Below the pieces are notes generated by a model. It was not told the DNA's origin. It was given only the letters and a program-made list of their open reading frames with translations, and did not search any database. Below are positions 31,192-36,239 of a stretch of DNA of 36,239 nt, piece by piece (within the stretch, counting starts at the first letter, position 1; each line of letters begins with the position of its first letter). This DNA is from an uncultured Zetaproteobacteria bacterium (GTDB taxonomy: Bacteria; Pseudomonadota; Zetaproteobacteria; Mariprofundales; Mariprofundaceae): assembly GCA_964517705.1 (NCBI GenBank), contig CAZFCL010000001.1, positions 1 to 36,239 of the forward strand, read 5' to 3'. A program made the position numbers and the translations under genes.

Positions 31192-31792
31192 GATCTGCCC
31201 CCGGCCAGCTTCGCTCAATCAACACACGCTCTTCAAGCTGGTTGGGGCGATAAACACAACGCCACTGCGCCTCATCAAAAAACATCTCCACGCGCCCTGT
31301 TAATGGGAAGTCTTTGCGCAGCGGGTAACCTTCAAAGCCATAATCGGTAAGAATTCGGCGAAGATCGGGGTGGTGATTAAAAATGATGCCATACATATCG
31401 AAGGCTTCTCGCTCAAACCAGTTGGCCGTCGGCCATACCTCAGTCACAGAATCGACCAGATCACGCTCATTCACACCAACCTTCAAACGAATGCGCCTGT
31501 TTCTAGACACAGAGAGAAGATTATAAATCACTTCAAAACGAGGGTTTTCGTCACTCCACCCTGGCAGCTCGCTATTATCCACTCCGCAAAGATCAACCAT
31601 CTGCTCAAAACCGGAACCTTTCAGATAATGACATACATCGGTAATGGACTCACGCGCCAGTGTTATAACCTCACCATCCACAGCGGGCACAACACTTAAA
31701 ACCTGCTCTCCAAACTTTTCGCGCAGAGCGCTCTCCTCCGGAGAAGTCTCGGCAGCGGCACCAATGTCGTGCTGTAGTTTTTCTTCTGTCAT
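31184..31792 (-). CDS. nuoC: NADH-quinone oxidoreductase subunit C
   Basis: [37 protein letters not shown]. Confidence 0.98.
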   Translation of the reverse strand: MTEEKLQHDIGAAAETSPEESALREKFGEQVLSVVPAVDGEVITLARESITDVCHYLKGSGFEQMVDLCGVDNSELPGWSDENPRFEVIYNLLSVSRNRRIRLKVGVNERDLVDSVTEVWPTANWFEREAFDMYGIIFNHHPDLRRILTDYGFEGYPLRKDFPLTGRVEMFFDEAQWRCVYRPNQLEERVLIERSWPGADRG

Positions 31793-31801
31793 TTACACTA
31801 C

Positions 31802-32278
31802 CTACCGGGCAATTGTATTGGTGCGTTTAATTTTTTCCTGAAGCTGAATAAACCCATACAGCAGCGCTTCAGCGGTTGGCGGGCAACCAGGAATATAAAT
31901 ATCCACCGGCACAATACGATCACAGCCACGCGTCACTGAATAAGAGTAGTGATAATAGCCGCCACCATTGGCGCAGCTACCCATCGAAATTACCCAGCGC
32001 GGCTCAGACATCTGATCATAAACCTTGCGAAGCGCTGGTGCCATCTTGTTACAGAGCGTGCCAGCCACAACCATCACATCGGCCTGACGCGGACTTGGAC
32101 GGAATACAATACCGAAACGATCAAGATCGTAACGTGAAGCCCCCGCATGCATCATCTCAACCGCACAGCAGGCCAGACCAAAAGTCATTGGCCAGAGTGA
32201 TCCGGCACGCGCGCCATTTATAAGCTTGTCCGCTGTCGTAGTGATAAAGCCCTTTTCAAGAACGCCTTCTATTCCCAT
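31802..32278 (-). CDS. nuoB: NADH-quinone oxidoreductase subunit B
   Basis: [29 protein letters not shown]. Start placed at ATG 32278 (AAGGAG SD). Confidence 0.98.
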   Translation of the reverse strand: MGIEGVLEKGFITTTADKLINGARAGSLWPMTFGLACCAVEMMHAGASRYDLDRFGIVFRPSPRQADVMVVAGTLCNKMAPALRKVYDQMSEPRWVISMGSCANGGGYYHYSYSVTRGCDRIVPVDIYIPGCPPTAEALLYGFIQLQEKIKRTNTIAR

Positions 32279-32640
32279 TGCAAGGCTCCTTTCTTCCACG
32301 CATAAATATAACCAACCAAAAGGATTAAAAGAAACAGCACCATCTCAACAAATCCGAAGAGACCAATCTGATCAAGCACAATGGCCCAAGGGAATAGGAA
32401 TGCACTTTCAAGATCAAATATCACAAACAGAATTGCCAAAAGGTAGAAGCGGACATCAAACTGAAGGCGGGCATCTTCAAAAGCCTCAAAGCCACACTCA
32501 TAGGCGGAGAGCTTTTCGGCATCAGGCTTCTGCTCCGCCAGAAGCAGGGTGAGCACAAGCGGTGCTGCCCCCATAGCAATGGCAACCAAAAGAAAGATAA
32601 AGATTGGTATGTACTCGTTCGCGAGATAAGCCGCGCCCAT
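32269..32640 (-). CDS. nuoA: NADH-quinone oxidoreductase subunit A
   Basis: [26 protein letters not shown]. Start placed at ATG 32640 (GGAGG SD). Confidence 0.97.
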   Translation of the reverse strand: MGAAYLANEYIPIFIFLLVAIAMGAAPLVLTLLLAEQKPDAEKLSAYECGFEAFEDARLQFDVRFYLLAILFVIFDLESAFLFPWAIVLDQIGLFGFVEMVLFLLILLVGYIYAWKKGALQWE

Positions 32641-32695
32641 GAACCCCTCCCCTCTAAACTGACACCCCTGCATTCACCCTCAAGGCAGGATGTGC

Positions 32696-32724
32696 TTGCT
32701 ATCACCAGAAAATTAACTGGTCAA
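32696..32724 (-). promoter_or_regulatory. Putative nuo operon promoter with an inverted repeat in the spacer
   Basis: TTGACC (32724-32719)-17 bp-TAGCAA (32701-32696, preceded by TGn). ACCAG-N8-CTGGT at 32704-32721. Confidence 0.4.
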
Positions 32725-32828
32725 GACTATTGGATTTAAGGTGATTTAACCACTCTTTATAGCAGCTGGCCTTGTGAGCCAACCCGCAATAAAACCGTCC
32801 TTTTTAGGCACTACGACTAGGCACCTAA

Positions 32829-33530
32829 TTAGCTGCGCAACTCCCGATAACGGAAGGCTAGCTGCTGAAAATCTTCCCAGCCCTTCTGCTTCTGCTGAGG
32901 AGAGCGCAACAAATAAGCCGGATGATATGTCACCCAAGCCGGAATGCCTTGGTAGTCATGCCACCTGCCACGCAGTGAGCCGAGAGGCGCATCTACCTCC
33001 AGCACAGTCTGTGCAGCTACCCGCCCCAAAAGACAGATTAGCTTTGGCTGCAACAGATCAAGCTGCTGTTCAAACCATAGATTACAGGCCTGTACCTCTT
33101 CAACCTTTGGATCGCGATTGTTCGGCGGCCGGCACTTGATGGTATTCATAATATAGGCCTGTTGCCGATCCATACCAATGGCAGCCAACATACGATCCAG
33201 CAGCTGACCTGCACGACCAACAAATGGCTCCCCCTTCAGGTCCTCATCCTTGCCTGGCGCCTCGCCGATAAAGACGATATCCGCATCTTTATTACCCACA
33301 CCGAACACCACATGGGTGCGCGTATCTGCCAGCGCACAGAGGCGGCAGTTTGCGGACTGTTCAGCCAATCCAGCCAGTGATTCAGAGGCAGATGTATTAG
33401 ACAGCGTCTCAACATTGACTGCCGCCTCTTGAACGTCAGAAGAGTGCTCTTCAGAAGTAGAAAGGGAGATCGGCGTCTGCACACCAATCTCCCTCAGATA
33501 GAACGCCTCGAACTGTTCGCTATCAGCCAA
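32829..33530 (-). CDS. Family 4 (Fe-S) uracil-DNA glycosylase
   Basis: CRLC...KCRP...C cluster ligands, [20 protein letters not shown]. The TTG start is uncertain. Confidence 0.93.
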   Translation of the reverse strand: MADSEQFEAFYLREIGVQTPISLSTSEEHSSDVQEAAVNVETLSNTSASESLAGLAEQSANCRLCALADTRTHVVFGVGNKDADIVFIGEAPGKDEDLKGEPFVGRAGQLLDRMLAAIGMDRQQAYIMNTIKCRPPNNRDPKVEEVQACNLWFEQQLDLLQPKLICLLGRVAAQTVLEVDAPLGSLRGRWHDYQGIPAWVTYHPAYLLRSPQQKQKGWEDFQQLAFRYRELRS

Positions 33531-33536
33531 AAGTGA

Positions 33537-34484
33537 TTAGCCGAGCAGTGCGTCCACATTGGTCGCCGAGCCAAGATAGACAGGCACACGCTGGTGCAGT
33601 GCCTCTGGCTCAATATCAAGTACATTGATATCTTTACTCATCGCCTTGCCACCTGCCTGCTCCATCACAAACCCCATGGGGATAGCCTCATAGAGAAGGC
33701 GCAGCTTACCCGTCCTGTTTTTATCATCTGCAGGGTAGAGGAACACACCCCCTTTGAGCAGGGTGCGATGCATATCGGCCACCATGGCACCAACATAACG
33801 CATGCCGAGGCCTGTCTCACCCTTCATACGGTCCAGCTCGGCTCCCATGCCATCCAGCCACTTGTCCTTATTAGCCTCATTAACAGAGTAGTAGCCACCC
33901 GTCTCTGGAATACGCATATTCGGGTGACTCAATTCAAAACGTGCATCTGCTGGGTTAAAAGTATATCCGTTCACACCATCGCCAACAGAGCAGACCAGCA
34001 TCAATGCCGGGCCGTAAAGCACATAGCCAGCAGCTATCACGCTCTGGCCAGATTGCAGTGTATCGGAAACATGTGGGCGTTCGGAGCTGGGTGTTTTGCG
34101 TTTCACAATGGAGAAGATCGTGCCAACCGGGCCATCTACATCAAGGTTTGAAGATCCGTCGAGAGGGTCAACCAGAACCAGATAGTCGGCATGCGCATAC
34201 TCATCAATCACCAACAGCTCCTCCTGCTCTTCAGAGCCAACCGCACAAACAAAACCAGTGGAGCGCATCTCATCAAGGAATATCTCGTCGGACAGCACAT
34301 CCAGCATCTGCTGCTGCTCTCCCTGCACATTCTCACTGCCTGCTACACCCAGCGCACCTCTAAATACAGCACCACGCAGAACCGCGGCGATCTCAATCGC
34401 AGCACGGCCGACACCCTGAATAATCGGCATCATCGCAGCACCATTGACACCCTGCTGGGCAATGTTGTTCATCGTTGTTGGCAT
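33537..34484 (-). CDS. fbp: Class 1 fructose-1,6-bisphosphatase
   Basis: NVQGEQQ..LD, SEE, DPLDGSSN, GTIFSI, RYVG, GKLRLLYE. Start placed at ATG 34484 (GGGAGG SD). Confidence 0.96.
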   Translation of the reverse strand: MPTTMNNIAQQGVNGAAMMPIIQGVGRAAIEIAAVLRGAVFRGALGVAGSENVQGEQQQMLDVLSDEIFLDEMRSTGFVCAVGSEEQEELLVIDEYAHADYLVLVDPLDGSSNLDVDGPVGTIFSIVKRKTPSSERPHVSDTLQSGQSVIAAGYVLYGPALMLVCSVGDGVNGYTFNPADARFELSHPNMRIPETGGYYSVNEANKDKWLDGMGAELDRMKGETGLGMRYVGAMVADMHRTLLKGGVFLYPADDKNRTGKLRLLYEAIPMGFVMEQAGGKAMSKDINVLDIEPEALHQRVPVYLGSATNVDALLG

Positions 34485-34521
34485 AATCCCTCCCCTGTGC
34501 GCCTGCATTTAAAGCGCGCTC

Positions 34522-34550
34522 ATGCTAGCTAAAGCGCAGCACAAACACAA
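34522..34550 (-). promoter_or_regulatory. Weak candidate promoter for fbp-udg
   Basis: TTGTGT (34550-34545)-17 bp-TAGCAT (34527-34522). Confidence 0.25.
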
Positions 34551-34579
34551 AATACAGCACCCCGGCCGGCCAAAACCAG

Positions 34580-35926
34580 CTATGTTAATGCTGCAAGCAA
34601 CTTCCCATGAATCCCGTCAAAGCCACCATTGGAGAGTACCAGCAAATGATCGCCAGCCTGTGCCCGCTGTGTGACATGTGTAACGATGCTGCTTACATCC
34701 GGCAACAGCCGCGCATGCTCCCCGATATGGGAACAAATGGCCTCCACATCAAGCCGCTCTTCCGGCTTCAGGTTGTACGTGGAAGGCTCTACGAAAATCA
34801 CATGATCCGCCGCATTGAAGCAGTAAGGCAGACGGTCTTGATGCACACGAGTGCGCATCGTATTGGAGCGCGGCTCAACAATCACCCAGAGCTCTCCTTC
34901 ACCACTACGACGCATGGAGGCTTTTGCCGCTGCGACCATGTTAGCAATAGCAGTAGGGTGATGTGCAAAATCATCGAATACTTTGATGCCGCCTGCCTCA
35001 CCTACCAGCGTCATGCGCCGACGAATACCAGAGAAACTCTCAAAACCTCTAACGATATCATCGCGCCCAACACCCATCGCAGATGCTGCTGCAGCCACTG
35101 CACAGGCATTGGCTACGTTGTGTACGCCAATCATCTCCCACGCTGCCTCAACCCAAACCTTGCTATCTTTGTAAATGCGGAACCCTGCACCATCCTCACT
35201 CAGCGCTTCCCACTGCCACTTGGCAGTTGCGTGCGGGTAGCGAGCAAACTGTGTTACAGGCGTCCAGCAGCCACGGCCAATAACATCACTGACATGTTCA
35301 TCATCGGCATTGGCAATGATGGCGCCATTTGAAGGCACAGCGCGAATCAGGTGATGGAACTGCACTTTGATCGCCTCAAGGTCCGGGAAAATATCAGCAT
35401 GATCATACTCAAGGTTATTCAAAATCAGTGTGCGTGCATGGTAGTGGAGAAACTTACTGCGCTTGTCGAAAAAGGCAGTGTCATACTCATCACCCTCCAA
35501 CACAAAAGGTTCACCCTTCCCGCGCCTTGCACCGCCACCAAAATCTTCAGGTACTCCGCCAATCAGGAATCCAGGCTGCATACCCCCCACCTGCAACAGG
35601 TGTGCCAGCAGTGACGAGCAGGTGGTTTTCCCATGTGTGCCTGACACCACTGCTGCATGGCGACCAGGAAGGATATGGTTACCGACAAATTCAGGACCAG
35701 AGCAGTAGGCAAGGCCACGATCAAGAATTATCTCGACCTCAATATTGCCACGACTCATGGCATTGCCGATCACACAAAGATCCGGAGCAGGCTTCAGATT
35801 TGCCGCGGCAAATGGTGAAATTTCAACGCCAATATCGGCAAGGCAATCAGACATAGGCGGGTAAACAGCCGCATCGGAGCCAGTGACACGATAGCCGACA
35901 GATTTAGCCAGTGCGGCAATCGCTGC
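34580..35926 (-). CDS. mpl: Murein peptide ligase Mpl, lacking its own start and first ~15 residues in this assembly
   Basis: VTGSDAAVYPPMS, GNAMSRGN, SGTHGKTT, EGDEYDTAFFDKRSKFLHY, DDFAHHPTAI, EPRSNTM, SNGGFDG. Confidence 0.93.
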   Translation of the reverse strand, partial: AAIAALAKSVGYRVTGSDAAVYPPMSDCLADIGVEISPFAAANLKPAPDLCVIGNAMSRGNIEVEIILDRGLAYCSGPEFVGNHILPGRHAAVVSGTHGKTTCSSLLAHLLQVGGMQPGFLIGGVPEDFGGGARRGKGEPFVLEGDEYDTAFFDKRSKFLHYHARTLILNNLEYDHADIFPDLEAIKVQFHHLIRAVPSNGAIIANADDEHVSDVIGRGCWTPVTQFARYPHATAKWQWEALSEDGAGFRIYKDSKVWVEAAWEMIGVHNVANACAVAAAASAMGVGRDDIVRGFESFSGIRRRMTLVGEAGGIKVFDDFAHHPTAIANMVAAAKASMRRSGEGELWVIVEPRSNTMRTRVHQDRLPYCFNAADHVIFVEPSTYNLKPEERLDVEAICSHIGEHARLLPDVSSIVTHVTQRAQAGDHLLVLSNGGFDGIHGKLLAALT

Positions 35927-36239
35927 CACCTGAATAGGCGTGAATGTACCATAATCGAGGTAGGAGTTAATCCTTGCTAAGGCATAAATCAGATCTTTAT
36001 TGCCACAGCAGAAGCCAACCCGCCAGCCCGGCATGTTGTAGCTCTTCGACAGTGAGTAAAACTCCACCGCAATGTCTTTCGCACCTTCCACCTGCCGAAT
36101 GGACGGCGGCTGATAACCGTCGAACACAATAGCGGCATAGGCCAGATCCTGCACCACCCAGATTTCATGCTCTTTACACATCGCCACCACCTTCTCGAAG
36201 AAGGCTAAATCGACACACTCGGCGGTCGGGTTGCCGGGA
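35909..36239 (-). CDS. alaC: Internal fragment of a PLP-dependent class I aminotransferase (AlaC/YfdZ type), open at the window edge and fused in frame to mpl
   Basis: The frame runs to the edge: PGNPTAECVDLAFFEKVV...DLAYA...SLSKSYNMPGWRVG (PLP Lys)...SYLDYGTFTPIQVAAIAAL. Confidence 0.85.

Noticed and set aside
32800-32828. TAGGCAC direct repeat and weak hairpin after udg as a terminator
   Set aside because: The stem is imperfect and there is no U-tract on the coding strand.
34580-36190. A genuine novel aminotransferase-Mur ligase fusion enzyme
   Set aside because: Both domains are truncated at essential parts, the join is at a microhomology, and nearby bases look error-prone. It is reported as a probable chimera instead.

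Overview
A core-genome housekeeping region (~50% GC) from a proteobacterium. Protein style and gene order suggest Zetaproteobacteria (Mariprofundaceae-like); this is an inference, not checked by search. Almost every gene is on the minus strand. In transcription order: an alaC-fragment/mpl in-frame chimera at the right edge, fbp, a family-4 uracil-DNA glycosylase, a complete nuoA-N operon, atpIBEFHAGDC, glmU-glmS, aroE-pilB-pilC-pilD-coaE and rho. These converge on a plus-strand HAD pyrimidine 5'-nucleotidase. A decayed SDR-family pseudogene missed by the ORF track sits at the left edge. I found no mobile element, CRISPR array, RNA gene or clearly new multi-gene system. The main anomalies are the alaC-mpl junction (probably an assembly or MDA chimera, or a microhomology deletion), the pseudogene, a ~100-aa charged N-terminal extension on Rho, divergent motifs in NuoH, an N7-type Fe-S motif in NuoG, an unusual ATP synthase c subunit, and two probable leaderless promoters.
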